Origin: an uncultured Chloroflexia bacterium
GTDB taxonomy: Bacteria > Chloroflexota > Limnocylindria > Limnocylindrales > CSP1-4
Direction of reading: 5' to 3'
DNA: 64,000 nt
Assembly: GCA_963705215.1 (NCBI GenBank)
Contig: CAVPJI010000004.1
Span: 40,756 to 104,755, forward strand
The notes beneath the pieces were generated by a model. The model saw only the letters and a list, made by a program, of their open reading frames with translations. It searched no databases and was not told the DNA's origin. Below, one piece after another: positions 1-9,982 of the stretch (position 1 is the stretch's first letter; the number at the start of each line of letters is the position of its first letter). Position numbers and translations under genes: made by a program.

Positions 1-15
1 CGCGGCGAGGGCTGG

Positions 16-450
16 GTGGCCATCCAGGTCGTCCTGTTCGTCCTGCTGGCCGTTGCCGGGTCCGCCGGGCCCGCCTGGGGCGACCCGTGGCTGATGGTCG
101 GGCGCGCCGCCGGTGCACTCCTCATCGCGTCCGGGATCGTATTCGCCGGGCTCGGCCTCGTCGGCCTCCGCGAGAACCTGACTGCCGTCCCGCGTCCCGT
201 CGAGGGCGGCCGGCTCATCGACACGGGCGTCTACGGCCTGGTCCGCCACCCGATCTACACCGGCATCATCCTGGCTGCCGTCGGATGGGGGCTGGTCACG
301 GCCAGCCCGCCGGCGCTCCTCGTGGCCTTCGGGCTGGGGTTCTTCTTCGACCTGAAGTCGCGCCGCGAGGAGGCCTGGCTGGGCGCGGCCTACCCCGCCT
401 ACGCGGACTACCGGAACCGAGTCCGCAAGCTGATCCCGCTCGTCTACTGA
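16..450 (+). CDS. isoprenylcysteine carboxyl methyltransferase (ICMT)/phospholipid methyltransferase family membrane protein
   Basis: 144-aa ORF with GTG start. Hydrophobic helices and the RHPIYTG motif typical of ICMT/PEMT-like methyltransferases. The start may lie off-window. Confidence 0.6.
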   Translation: MAIQVVLFVLLAVAGSAGPAWGDPWLMVGRAAGALLIASGIVFAGLGLVGLRENLTAVPRPVEGGRLIDTGVYGLVRHPIYTGIILAAVGWGLVTASPPALLVAFGLGFFFDLKSRREEAWLGAAYPAYADYRNRVRKLIPLVY

Positions 451-519
451 CGCGCCGTCGCAGTGGTGGCCGCCGCCCAGGCGCGGACGGCTGCCGCAGC
501 GTGGGCCGCCGCACGCCCG

Positions 520-1602
520 TCAGGGCTCGAGCGCAGCCCGCCGGAGGCGGTCCATGACCGCCCGCCCGATCCCGACCGCCGGCACGGGCTGGGCCACGAT
601 CCGGTCGACGCCGGCGGCGTCGAGGTCGTGGAGCGCCTCGAAGAGGTGCGCTGCAACGGTCACCGGATCGCCGTCGGCCGCGAGAAGCTGCAGCGCCGCA
701 AACGGGCCGCCTGCGGCAAGGGCGGCCTCGGCCCCGGAGGCCGACGTCGCGAGGAGGCCCAAGCGCTCACCCGGCCGCGACCGAAGGTGCCGTGCGGCGC
801 CGGGCCCGAACGGGTCCACGATCTCCAGGCGGGCGCCCGGGGCGTAGTGCGCCCCCGACGAGCCGGGAGCCAGGGCGGGGCTGCCCGGGGCGCCCGGCAC
901 CGGGACCTCGAGCGGGCCGATCTCGGCCTCGATGGCCTCGGCCGCGAGGCCTCCCGGTCGGAGCAGGGCGGCGCGGCCGTCGGCCAGGAGCACGACCGTG
1001 GACTCGACGCCCACCCGGCATGGGCCGCCGTCGAGCACGAGCCGGACGCGCGACCCGAGCCCCCGCACGACGTGGCTCGCCCGCGTCGGCGAGACGCGCC
1101 CGAACCGGTTGGCGGACGGGGCGGCGATCGGCACATCGGCTGCCCGGATGAGGGCGAGGGCGACCGGATGGTCCGGCACCCGCAGGCCCACCGTCGAGAG
1201 GCCGGCGGTGACGATCCCGGGAATGGTGTCGCGCTTGCGGAGGACGATCGTGAGGGGCCCGGGCCAGAAGCGTGCGGCGAGCCGGGCCACCCGCGGGTCT
1301 GCCGCGTCCGCCGGGTGGGTGTAGGCGCCCAGCTCCGCGGGGTCGGCAAGGTGGACGATGAGCGGATCGAACGATGGTCGTTCCTTGGCCGCGAAGACCC
1401 GGGCGACCGCCGTCGGGTCAAGGGCATGGGCTCCGAGCCCGTAGACCGTCTCTGTCGGGAAGGCTACGAGCTCGCCCGACCGGATGAGAGCGGCCGCCTC
1501 GCGGATCGCGCCCGGGTCGTTCCCGGGGAGCACCCGCGGCGGCCCGCCGGGAGCGCGTGGCAGCCCCTCTGCATCGCGCGGATCGGCCTCCTCCCGGGTC
1601 AC
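520..1602 (-). CDS. L-threonylcarbamoyladenylate synthase (Sua5/YwlC/TsaC family, with C-terminal Sua5 domain)
   Basis: 360-aa ORF. AFPTETVYGLG motif and the full-length YrdC fold signature, plus a C-terminal extension as in Sua5. Confidence 0.8.
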   Translation of the reverse strand: MTREEADPRDAEGLPRAPGGPPRVLPGNDPGAIREAAALIRSGELVAFPTETVYGLGAHALDPTAVARVFAAKERPSFDPLIVHLADPAELGAYTHPADAADPRVARLAARFWPGPLTIVLRKRDTIPGIVTAGLSTVGLRVPDHPVALALIRAADVPIAAPSANRFGRVSPTRASHVVRGLGSRVRLVLDGGPCRVGVESTVVLLADGRAALLRPGGLAAEAIEAEIGPLEVPVPGAPGSPALAPGSSGAHYAPGARLEIVDPFGPGAARHLRSRPGERLGLLATSASGAEAALAAGGPFAALQLLAADGDPVTVAAHLFEALHDLDAAGVDRIVAQPVPAVGIGRAVMDRLRRAALEP

Positions 1603-2291
1603 GGCCGGCGGCGGATCGGGGGCGGCGTCCGGCCGGCGGCACCGGGGCGAGGCTGCCGGCGGGCCCGCCGGCGCGGGTCGCCGCGCGCGAGCCAGGCCGC
1701 CTGCCAGACCGAGCAGAGGAGGTCGAGCACCTCCAGGCGGTCGACAGCCTCATCGAGTGACCGGCCGATCGTGAGCGCTCCGTGGCGGTCCAGGAGGACG
1801 GCGCCCACCAGCGGATCGCGCAGCGCCTCGGCCACGGCGGCCGTGACAGCGGGACCGCCGAAGGGGAGGGCGGGGACGTACGCGACCCGTCCCAGGACCG
1901 CACGCGCCTCCGGGAGCACGGCCGCGTCGGGGCGGAGCCCCGCCAGGAGGCAGCCGAGCACGGCGGGCGAATGGGCGTGGGCGATCGCCGCGGCGTCGGG
2001 CCGCATGGCGTAGACGGCCCGGTGGACGGCGATGTCCGAGCTCGGCCGCCGGCGGATGTCGCCCGGGGACGGCTCGTCCGGGTCGAGCGTCACCGCCAGG
2101 ATGTCTCCCGGCACGAGCTCGTCCTTGCGCCGGCCCGACGGGGTGACGGCGAGGGCGAACGGGCCGAGGCGAACGGACAGGTTGCCGTCGGTGCCGTTCA
2201 CGAGGCGACGCGCCCCGAGGCGCTGCCCCGCCGCGACGATCGCGACGGCCGCCGCTTCGAACGCGGGGTGCGGATGGGCGGAGGCGTTCAT
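1599..2291 (-). CDS. class II aldolase/adducin family protein
   Basis: Internal ATG of the 338-aa ORF chosen as start (MNASAHPHP...). Upstream of that the ORF overlaps the antisense of the next gene. Aldolase_II signature LVNGTDGNLSVR and HAHSP. The 4-nt overlap with the Sua5 start suggests an operon. Confidence 0.7.
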   Translation of the reverse strand: MNASAHPHPAFEAAAVAIVAAGQRLGARRLVNGTDGNLSVRLGPFALAVTPSGRRKDELVPGDILAVTLDPDEPSPGDIRRRPSSDIAVHRAVYAMRPDAAAIAHAHSPAVLGCLLAGLRPDAAVLPEARAVLGRVAYVPALPFGGPAVTAAVAEALRDPLVGAVLLDRHGALTIGRSLDEAVDRLEVLDLLCSVWQAAWLARGDPRRRARRQPRPGAAGRTPPPIRRRP

Positions 2292-2409
2292 GGTGGAAGC
2301 ATCGCACGACGGCGGAGACGGGAACCCTCGGTTGTGCTCGCGCGTCGGGGGAGTGGACCGCCGGCAGCCACAGGGAGCCCGGCCCGCGCACAACCTCGGA
2401 GCCCAACTC

Positions 2410-3324
2410 GTGAACGGCAGACCGTCTCTTCGTTCCACCGTTGCCGCGGCGCTCGCCTTCCCGTTCCTCGTCGCGGCCTGCTCGAGTGGCGCCCCGGCCA
2501 CCGCGTCGCCGTCCGAGCCGACGCCCGTCCTGCCCTCGCCATCTTCCGCGGCCGACGGCGTCGTGATCCACGCGTCGTGGACGCAGGCACTCCCGCCGCG
2601 TGCCCTGTTCGGCAACCTGCCGGTGCTCGTCGTGACGGCAGACGGCCGGGTCCTGACGCCGGGTCCCGTGCGGGAGATCTACCCGGGCCCGCTCGTGGCA
2701 CCCTTCGTCGAGCGCCCGATCAGCCCCAACGGCGTTGCCGCACTCCTCCAGGCGGCGAAGGACGCCGGCCTTCTCGGCCCCGGCACCGACTTCACGGGTG
2801 GCGCGATGCCGATGGGAGCCGCGGCAGCCCGGCTGCAGATCGTCGTCGACGGCGTCACGCACGACGTTGTCGGCGATGCGAACGCGGCCGTCCCGTGCCC
2901 GCCGACACAGGCCTGCCCCGAGGTCGTCCCGGGGACCCCTGCCGCGTTCGCTCGCTACTGGTACCGGCTCCTCGACATGGCCGGCTGGCTCGAGGCCGAG
3001 CTCGGTCCCGAGCAGGCGTACGCGCCGTCGTCCTACGCGGTCATCGTCGGACCGCCGCCGGAGCCCTGGGAGGGCGCCACCCCAGTCGTCTGGCCCGTGG
3101 CGGAGCCTCCCCTGGGCGCCTTCGGCGCGCCCGTGCGCGGCGAGCCGGGGACCCGGTGCGGGATCGCGGCGGGCGACCTCGCGGCGGCGCTCCAGGCGCC
3201 CTTCGCCGGGGCGACGCAGCTGACGCCCTTCGTGGCCACGCCAACGGCCAGCGCGACCCGCGGGCTGACCGTCCGCGCGCTGCTCCCCGGTGACGAGGAC
3301 CCCTGCGCTCCGATCGTCGAGTAG
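2410..3324 (+). CDS. putative lipoprotein (unknown function)
   Basis: The in-frame GTG gives the N-terminus VNGRPSLRSTVAAALAFPFLVAAC, a signal peptide with an LVAAC lipobox. Upstream ORF sequence is antisense of the aldolase gene. Confidence 0.5.
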   Translation: MNGRPSLRSTVAAALAFPFLVAACSSGAPATASPSEPTPVLPSPSSAADGVVIHASWTQALPPRALFGNLPVLVVTADGRVLTPGPVREIYPGPLVAPFVERPISPNGVAALLQAAKDAGLLGPGTDFTGGAMPMGAAAARLQIVVDGVTHDVVGDANAAVPCPPTQACPEVVPGTPAAFARYWYRLLDMAGWLEAELGPEQAYAPSSYAVIVGPPPEPWEGATPVVWPVAEPPLGAFGAPVRGEPGTRCGIAAGDLAAALQAPFAGATQLTPFVATPTASATRGLTVRALLPGDEDPCAPIVE

Positions 3325-3340
3325 CGAACGCCCCTCGAGA

Positions 3341-4198
3341 TCAGCCGCCCGGCGGCCCGGCGTCGATCCTGGCCCGCATGGCGTCGATGCCGCCGAGCCA
3401 GTCCGAGACGATCTCCTGCCACCAGGTGGCGCCGGCCGCCTCGAAGGCGGCGACGGTCTCTGTCGCCGCGGTTCGGTCATCGCCCGGCGTCGCGCCGGCG
3501 GCCACCATCTCGTAGGGGGCATCCGCGGCCGCCCCGGCCAGGGCACGCAGCTCACGGACGCGGGCCACGTCGCGGGCAAAGCTCTCGAGCGGCAGGTAGC
3601 CGTCCTCGACCGCGGGCGCGAAGCCGTCCCACCGCGCCGCGCGCCGCAGCGGCGCATCGGGTCCCGGGCGGAGCGCCGCCACCCACACGGGAATCCGGGG
3701 CTCCTGGACGGGCCGCGGCAGGAAGGTCGCCTCACCAATGCGGTAGTGGTCCCCGGCAAACGCGAACGGCTCGCCACTCCAGAGGCCCTCGAGGATCGCG
3801 AGGCTCTCGTCGACCATGGCGCCCCGGCGGGCGAGATCCGTCTCGTCGCCGAACCAGCCGAAGTCCGCCTCGGACGGCCAGCCCAGGCCGACGCCCAGGA
3901 TCAGCCGGCCGCCGCTCAAGCGGTCGAGGGACGCGGTCTCCCTGGCCAGCTTGGCCGGACGTCGCCGGGGTAGCGCCGCGACCATTGGGCCCAGGCGGAT
4001 CCGGGTGGTGGCCTGGGCGATCGCCGCGAGGGCGATCCAGGGGTCCGCGATCTCCAGCGTCCAGGTCGGATCGACCAGCAGGTGGTCCCAGACGAAGAAC
4101 CCGTCCCAGCCCGCATCCTCGGCGCGGCGGGCGAGCTCGACGAGGGTGGGCGGGTCACCGCCGGACCCGAAGTTCGGGATCTGGATCGCGAACTGCAT
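3341..4198 (-). CDS. LLM class F420-dependent oxidoreductase (luciferase-like monooxygenase family)
   Basis: Internal ATG (MQFAIQIPNFG...). TIM-barrel LLM signatures (GFDGFFVWDHL, LGVGLGW). The 285-aa size is typical. Confidence 0.75.
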   Translation of the reverse strand: MQFAIQIPNFGSGGDPPTLVELARRAEDAGWDGFFVWDHLLVDPTWTLEIADPWIALAAIAQATTRIRLGPMVAALPRRRPAKLARETASLDRLSGGRLILGVGLGWPSEADFGWFGDETDLARRGAMVDESLAILEGLWSGEPFAFAGDHYRIGEATFLPRPVQEPRIPVWVAALRPGPDAPLRRAARWDGFAPAVEDGYLPLESFARDVARVRELRALAGAAADAPYEMVAAGATPGDDRTAATETVAAFEAAGATWWQEIVSDWLGGIDAMRARIDAGPPGG

Positions 4199-4234
4199 CG
4201 AGGGAGAGCGTACTCTTCGCCGGTGACGACGACC

Positions 4235-5584
4235 ATGCCCGTGGGTGCTGCCCCCGTGCCCGCAGGGGCTGCGCATCCCCCCGCCACCCTGTCGCCCGGG
4301 CCTGGTGGCGCGGAGGAGGAGCCCATCCACCTGGCTCCCGCGGCGGCAGTTCCGGCGATCGCCGACGCGCCGCTCCGCGGCAACCGCGACTTCTGGGTCA
4401 TCCTCCTGGGGCAGGGGATCAGCTCGTTCGGCGATGCCATCACGAACACGGCGCTCCCGATCCTGGTCCTGGCCCTTACCGGGTCGGGCCTCGCGATGGG
4501 GATCGTGGGCGTGCTATCGACACTCCCCGACCTGGTGCTCGGCCTGCCCGCCGGCGCCTACGCCGACCGCTGGGACCGTCGGAGAATGATGTTCGTCGCG
4601 GACCTCGGACGGGCCGTGCTGACTGCCATGATCCCGATCTCGGTCTGGCTCGGCGGTCCGACCCTGGCCCTCATCCTGCTGGTGACGTTTCCCATGAACG
4701 CCCTGCGGGTCCTATGGCTGGCAGCGTTCACGGCGGCGGTCCCGGGCCTCGTGGGCAGGGGTCAGATCGCCCGCGCCAACGCCGTCTTCGAGGCCTTCTT
4801 CAACATCGGCTGGATCGTCGGCCCAGCCATCGCGGGCCTGCTCGCGGTCGCGATCGGACCGGGCCCGACCATCGCCATCGACGCGATCACGTTCGCCGTC
4901 TCCGCCGCCACGCTCCTGCTCGTGCGGCGCCCCCTCAAGCCCGAGGCGCGCACCGAGCCGACCCACCTCCTCGCGGACATCAGGGAGGGGATCGCGTACG
5001 TCGCCGGCCAGCCAACCCTCCGGGCCGTGATCGCCTTCTGGGCGACGAGCTCGGTCATCTTCGCCGGCCTCACGAGCGGGCTCATCTTCTACGTAACGGT
5101 CGACCGTGGCTTGGGCGCCGACGTCGTCGGCCTGGTCCTTTCGGCATTCGCGGTGGGCTCGCTCGGCGGCTCACTGGTGGCGGCCCGCATGGCATTCCGG
5201 GCCGTCGGACGGGTCATGCTGGTCGGCAGTCTCGGGATGGGCGTCTCCCTCGTCGTGATCGCCCTGGACGTGCCGGTCGTCGTCGTCGCCGCCGCGGCGT
5301 TCGGGGCCGGGATCCTGAACGCAAACGTCCTGGTCTCGTACCTGACCCTGCGCACGCAGCTCTCGCCCGACGCGCTCCTGGGGCGGGTGGGCGCGACGGC
5401 GCGGACGGTGTCCGTCGGCCTCATGCCGATCGGAGCCCTCGTGGCCGGCGCGCTCCTCGACGCGATCGGCGGAACCGCGACCATGACCCTGATGGGCGCG
5501 GCCACCATCGTCGCGGCGCTGGGCTTCTCCCTCCTGCCCAACGTGCGAAACGCTTGCGTGCCGCGCCGCGGCGCGGCGTCATGA
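4235..5584 (+). CDS. MFS transporter
   Basis: 449 aa with 12 predicted TM helices and an MFS-like loop 2-3 (PAGAYADRWDRRR). Only 37 bp from the divergent LLM gene. Confidence 0.8.
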   Translation: MPVGAAPVPAGAAHPPATLSPGPGGAEEEPIHLAPAAAVPAIADAPLRGNRDFWVILLGQGISSFGDAITNTALPILVLALTGSGLAMGIVGVLSTLPDLVLGLPAGAYADRWDRRRMMFVADLGRAVLTAMIPISVWLGGPTLALILLVTFPMNALRVLWLAAFTAAVPGLVGRGQIARANAVFEAFFNIGWIVGPAIAGLLAVAIGPGPTIAIDAITFAVSAATLLLVRRPLKPEARTEPTHLLADIREGIAYVAGQPTLRAVIAFWATSSVIFAGLTSGLIFYVTVDRGLGADVVGLVLSAFAVGSLGGSLVAARMAFRAVGRVMLVGSLGMGVSLVVIALDVPVVVVAAAAFGAGILNANVLVSYLTLRTQLSPDALLGRVGATARTVSVGLMPIGALVAGALLDAIGGTATMTLMGAATIVAALGFSLLPNVRNACVPRRGAAS

Positions 5585-6834
5585 CGGCTCCCGAGGGCTC
5601 CGCGTTCGGCGCGCGACCCCCGCGCGCCCCGCACGCCGACGCGTGGGCGCTCGACCCGGATCTCGTCTTCCTGAACCACGGCTCGTTCGGGGCCTGCCCG
5701 CGCGCCGTCCTCGCGGTCCAGGCCGACCTTCGGGCCGAGCTGGAGGCGAACCCGGTCGCATTCCTCGGACGGGCGCTCGAAGACCGCCTTGACCAGGCGC
5801 GGGCGCGGCTGGCCGACTTCCTCGGGGCGGACCCGGCAGACCTGGCGTTCGTGCCCAATGCCACTTCTGGCGTGGCTTCCGTGCTCCGCAGTCTCCGCTT
5901 CGCCCCCGGCGATGATCTCGTGACCACCGATCACGAGTACAACGCCGCCCTGAACATGGTGCGTTTCGCCGCGGCCCGCGACGGGGCGCGGGTCGTGGTC
6001 GCCCGGATCCCGCTGCCGACCACCGGGCCCGACGAGGTCGCCGAGCGGATCCTGGCCGCCGTCGGCCCGCGGACGCGCCTGGTCCTCGTGAGCCACGTGA
6101 CGAGCCCCACGGCGCTCGTCCTTCCCGTCGAGCGCCTCATCGCGACGCTGGAGGGCCGCGGGATCCCGGTCCTGGTGGACGGCGCCCACGGACCCGGGAT
6201 GCTGCCCCTCGACCTGTCGGCCCTCGGGGCGAGCTACTACGCCGGCAATCTCCACAAGTGGGTCTGCGCCCCGAAGGGCGCAGCCTTCCTCCACGTGCGG
6301 CGGGACCGGCAGGCCGCGATCCGGCCGCTCGCGATCAGCCACGGAGCGAACGACCCGCGGCCCGAACGCTCCACCTTCCGCAAGGAGTTCGACTGGACGG
6401 GGACGGCCGACCCGACCCCGTTGCTCGCGGTGCCCGCGGCGATCGACGCCGTGGGCGGCATGGCGGCCGGCGGCTGGGCGACCGTGATGAGCCGGAACGC
6501 CGCCGTCGCCGCCATCGCGCGCCGGACGCTCTCGTCCGCGGCCGGGCCTCCCGTCCTAGCGCCGGAGACCATGCTCGGCTCGATGGCTGCCATCGAGCTG
6601 CCGCCGGACCACGGGTTCGCTGCGCGCGGCCCGGCCGACCCCGATCCGCTCCAGGCACGCCTCCTGCAGTCAGCCGCGATCGAGGTGCCGCTCCATCCCT
6701 GGCCGCGCGATCCCGTCCCCGGGGAGCGCCGCTGCCGGCTCCTCCGCGTCTCCGCGCACCTCCACAACGACCCTGGCGAGTACGCGCACCTGGCGGAGGC
6801 TCTACGGGTGCTCCTGGCGGAGGAGCCGCGATGA
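5581..6834 (+). CDS. aminotransferase class V (isopenicillin-N epimerase/cysteine desulfurase-like PLP enzyme)
   Basis: 417 aa with an ATGA overlap with the MFS stop. PLP-lysine context (YAGNLHKWVCAPKGAAFL) and class V fold motifs. Confidence 0.75.
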   Translation: MTAPEGSAFGARPPRAPHADAWALDPDLVFLNHGSFGACPRAVLAVQADLRAELEANPVAFLGRALEDRLDQARARLADFLGADPADLAFVPNATSGVASVLRSLRFAPGDDLVTTDHEYNAALNMVRFAAARDGARVVVARIPLPTTGPDEVAERILAAVGPRTRLVLVSHVTSPTALVLPVERLIATLEGRGIPVLVDGAHGPGMLPLDLSALGASYYAGNLHKWVCAPKGAAFLHVRRDRQAAIRPLAISHGANDPRPERSTFRKEFDWTGTADPTPLLAVPAAIDAVGGMAAGGWATVMSRNAAVAAIARRTLSSAAGPPVLAPETMLGSMAAIELPPDHGFAARGPADPDPLQARLLQSAAIEVPLHPWPRDPVPGERRCRLLRVSAHLHNDPGEYAHLAEALRVLLAEEPR

Positions 6835-6907
6835 GGGTCGGGCTGATCCTGCCGATGAGCGACGACGGGATCGCCCGCTCCTGGGCCCAGCGCTGGGCAC
6901 TCCGCCC

Positions 6908-7888
6908 ATGAACACGATCGAGACGGTCGGGCTGTCGAAGCACTACGGGGACCGGGGCGGCATCGGCCGGCTCGGTCGCGGACGGCGGGAGCGGATCATC
7001 GCCCTCGACGACGTGACGCTGGCGGTCCGTCCCGGCGAGATCTTCGGGTTCCTGGGCCCGAACGGCGCCGGCAAGACCACCTGCATCAGGCTTCTCCTGG
7101 GGTTCCTCCATCCGACGGCAGGCACGGCGCGCGTGCTCGGCCTGGACGTCGGGCGTGACAGCGTGGCGATCCGGGGCGAGGTCGGCTACCTGCCCGGCGG
7201 CATCGCCCTCTATGACGCGATGACCGGGCTCGACCTCCTCGACTACCTCGGGGCGTTCTACCGCCGCCCTCCGGTTCTGCGAGAGCGGCTCCTTGATGGC
7301 CTGGAGCTCGCCGCGCGCGACCTGGCCCGCCCGATCCGCGACTACAGCCGCGGGATGCGCCAGAAGCTCGGGATCATCCAGGCGCTCCAGCACGATCCTG
7401 CTCTCGCCATCCTCGACGAGCCCTCGGAGGGGCTGGACCCCCTGATGCAGCGCGCCTTCTACGAGATCCTCGACGAGCTGCGGGCGGCGGGCAGGACCGT
7501 CTTCCTGTCCTCGCACATCCTCTCCGAGGTCGAGCGGGTCTGCGACCGGGTTGCAATCGTGCGGCGCGGACGCCTGGTTGCCCTCGAGGAGATCGGTGCG
7601 CTCCTGGCCCGGCGACGTCGGGCGGTGGAGATGCGAGTCGAAGGGGCTCCGCCGCTGCTCGCGGGGGTCCCGGGGGTCTCTGGCATCGTGATGGTGGACG
7701 GCCGCCTCCGGTGCCAGCTCGAGGGCGACGTTCGGCCCTTCCTCGCCGCGATCGCGAGGTCGGCGGTCACGGACCTGACGATCGAACCGGCCCGGCTGGA
7801 GGAGGCGTTCCTGGAGTTCTACGAGGATGGCGGAGGACGAACGGCCGGGGCGGCTGACGGCCTGGTACCCGGAGACGCGGCGTCATGA
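6908..7888 (+). CDS. ABC transporter ATP-binding protein
   Basis: Walker A GPNGAGKTT, ABC signature YSRGMRQKL, Walker B LAILDEPSEGLD. Confidence 0.85.
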   Translation: MNTIETVGLSKHYGDRGGIGRLGRGRRERIIALDDVTLAVRPGEIFGFLGPNGAGKTTCIRLLLGFLHPTAGTARVLGLDVGRDSVAIRGEVGYLPGGIALYDAMTGLDLLDYLGAFYRRPPVLRERLLDGLELAARDLARPIRDYSRGMRQKLGIIQALQHDPALAILDEPSEGLDPLMQRAFYEILDELRAAGRTVFLSSHILSEVERVCDRVAIVRRGRLVALEEIGALLARRRRAVEMRVEGAPPLLAGVPGVSGIVMVDGRLRCQLEGDVRPFLAAIARSAVTDLTIEPARLEEAFLEFYEDGGGRTAGAADGLVPGDAAS

Positions 7889-8697
7889 GCGCGACGCTCC
7901 TTCGTCGCACGCTCGCGGCCGGGCGCTGGCGGCTCGTCGCGGTGGCGGCCGGCCTCGCCACCTGGGGGTTCCTGCTGCCCGTCATCTACGCGACCTTCGG
8001 CGCCGACTTCCGTCAGCTGGTCGAGGGGGGCTACTTCGCGGACCTGTTCGACGCCTTCACGGCATTCGGGGGCGGGAGCGTCTTCACCCTGGACGGGTCG
8101 GTTGCCCTCGGCTTCCTCCACCCGATCCCGATTGCGCTGGTCGCCGTGCTGGCCGTCGGCTACCCGGTCGCGGCGCTCGCCGGAGAGCGCCAGCGGGGTA
8201 CGCTCGAGGTGCTCCTGGCCCGCCCGATCTCGCGGCGAGCCGTCCATGCCACGGCGATGGTGGCGACGATGGTGTACGTCGTGGTGGTCTTGGCGGCGAA
8301 CCTCGCGGGTGTGGTGGCCGGGGCGGTGCTGTTCGATGTCGCGGACGAGCTTGAGCCCACCCGGCTCCTCCTTGTCTGGGCCAACGCCGTCCTGCTCTTC
8401 ACGACGCTGGGCGCGGTTGCGCTGGCCGCGTCCGCCTCGTTCGATCGGTTCGAGCCGGCCCTGGGGCTCGTTCTCGGGTTTGCGATCATCTCGTACGCGG
8501 TGGAGCTGCTGGGCGCGCTCTGGCCGGACATGGCTGGCTGGCGGCCGTGGTCCTTCTTCCACTACTTCCAGCCGGCGGAGATCCTGGCCGGCGACGCAAG
8601 CCCGATCGACGCGGTGGTGCTGGCCGGGATCTCCGTCGCGGCCATCGTCTACGGATCCTGGGTCTTCCCCCGGCGCGACCTCGCGGCACCCAGCTGA
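7885..8697 (+). CDS. ABC-2 family transporter permease
   Basis: 270-aa polytopic membrane protein. Its start overlaps the ATPase stop (ATGA). Confidence 0.7.
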   Translation: MSATLLRRTLAAGRWRLVAVAAGLATWGFLLPVIYATFGADFRQLVEGGYFADLFDAFTAFGGGSVFTLDGSVALGFLHPIPIALVAVLAVGYPVAALAGERQRGTLEVLLARPISRRAVHATAMVATMVYVVVVLAANLAGVVAGAVLFDVADELEPTRLLLVWANAVLLFTTLGAVALAASASFDRFEPALGLVLGFAIISYAVELLGALWPDMAGWRPWSFFHYFQPAEILAGDASPIDAVVLAGISVAAIVYGSWVFPRRDLAAPS

Positions 8698-8721
8698 CGG
8701 CGCGCCCTGGCCGGGTGCCGA

Positions 8722-9696
8722 CTACGGCGTAAGCGACGGGGCGATGGATTCGGACGGTGCGGGCGACCCTGCCGGCGACGCCGATGGCGGAGCCGCGACG
8801 CGGACGGCCTCGATGGCTTCGCGCAGAGGCGGCCAGGTCCGGCTGAAGCCGGTCAGGACCCGTTCGCCGCCGGGGCCGCGCAGCCGGAGGGTCGGCGTGG
8901 ACGTGACGCCGACGTTGCGACCGGCCGTCGTCTCGTCCTCGACCGCCTTGGCCACGGCGGGATCGTCGAGGCAGGCCTTGAACGCATCCTGCGAGGGCAC
9001 GCCGGCGATCTCCGCCAGCTGGATCAGGTTCTCGCGCGCATAGCGGCCCTGGTTCTCTCCCTGCTGGAAGGTGTACAGGGCGTCGTGGTAGCGGAGCTGG
9101 GCGGCGGGCTCCTGGGCTCCCGCGCAGCGGCTCGCAACGGCCGCGTCGATCAATTCCTGGCCCAGGAAGGCGAAGTCACGGTAGACGACGCGGGCGAAGC
9201 CCGGCGTGACGTACTCGCGGTCGATCGCCCCGCCGAAGAGGAGATCCTCCAGCCGGCAGAACGGGCACTGGTAGTCGGCCCAGACCTCGATCGTCACCGG
9301 GGCGTCGGGGCGCCCGAACGTGTTCCCGGCCGGCACGACCGTCGCCGCGGTGGTCGGCCCGGGGGTCGGCGACGGCGCCGCGCTCCCGACTACGCCCGAC
9401 GAGATGGCGAAGCCGGCCACGCCGATGACCACGCCGAGCGCGAGCGCGACCAGCCAACCGAGGACGGCGACGCGACGGCGGCCGCCGGTCCCGGAGGCCT
9501 CGACCGCGGGGACGTCGGAGGGCCAGGGGTGCTCGGGGGAGGCCGGGTCGGCAGCCGAGGGCGTGGACTCGGGCTCGGGCGTGGACTCGGGCTCGGGCGT
9601 GGACTCGGGCTCGGGCGTGGACTCGGGCTCGGGCGTGGACTCCGGCTCGTGGGCCGGCGCACCGGGCTCGGGGCCCGGGGTGGTCGGGTCGGTCAT
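8722..9696 (-). CDS. DsbA family thiol:disulfide oxidoreductase with N-terminal (PESTPE)x5 low-complexity repeat and TM anchor
   Basis: Internal ATG preceded by AGGGA. CPFC active-site motif in a thioredoxin fold. TM helix after the repeat. Confidence 0.75.
   Translation of the reverse strand: MTDPTTPGPEPGAPAHEPESTPEPESTPEPESTPEPESTPEPESTPSAADPASPEHPWPSDVPAVEASGTGGRRRVAVLGWLVALALGVVIGVAGFAISSGVVGSAAPSPTPGPTTAATVVPAGNTFGRPDAPVTIEVWADYQCPFCRLEDLLFGGAIDREYVTPGFARVVYRDFAFLGQELIDAAVASRCAGAQEPAAQLRYHDALYTFQQGENQGRYARENLIQLAEIAGVPSQDAFKACLDDPAVAKAVEDETTAGRNVGVTSTPTLRLRGPGGERVLTGFSRTWPPLREAIEAVRVAAPPSASPAGSPAPSESIAPSLTP
9558..9650 (-). repeat. coding tandem repeat, 18-bp unit x5 (ggcgtggactcgggctcg), encoding (PESTPE)5
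   Basis: Directly visible perfect 18-nt tandem copies inside the DsbA-like CDS. Confidence 0.8.
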
Positions 9697-9982
9697 CAGA
9701 GATCCCTGCGGGCAGTCATGCGCGACAGAGTAGCGGGCGCCGGTCGCCGGTGCCGGCGCCGGGTCACGGTCGCGGGCGCAACCGTCCGGACGGGCCCACC
9801 GCACCGGACCGCACCGGAGCCACCGCTCGGTGACCCGGGGCACCGGAAGATGGTCACCCGGGACCTCCCGGCAGTCCCAAACGACCACCTGGCGCGTGTA
9901 GAGTGCGGGTGCGGTCGTGCGAAGCCGCCGGCGCGGGCACCGCCGGGCAGAACGCACAATCGGGGAAGAACGAAGGAACCAC

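Noticed and set aside
463-3777. Long ORFs 463..2013(+) and 1750..3777(-), 516 and 675 aa, rich in R/A/G/P
   Set aside because: They are antisense or out-of-frame shadows of the Sua5, aldolase and lipoprotein genes, as is typical in ~70% GC DNA. Their composition is low-complexity and Arg-rich, with no domain signatures.
9540-9660. Regular 18-bp repeat array, considered as a possible CRISPR-like array
   Set aside because: The units are contiguous with no spacers, lie inside a CDS and encode (PESTPE)n. This is a coding tandem repeat, not CRISPR.
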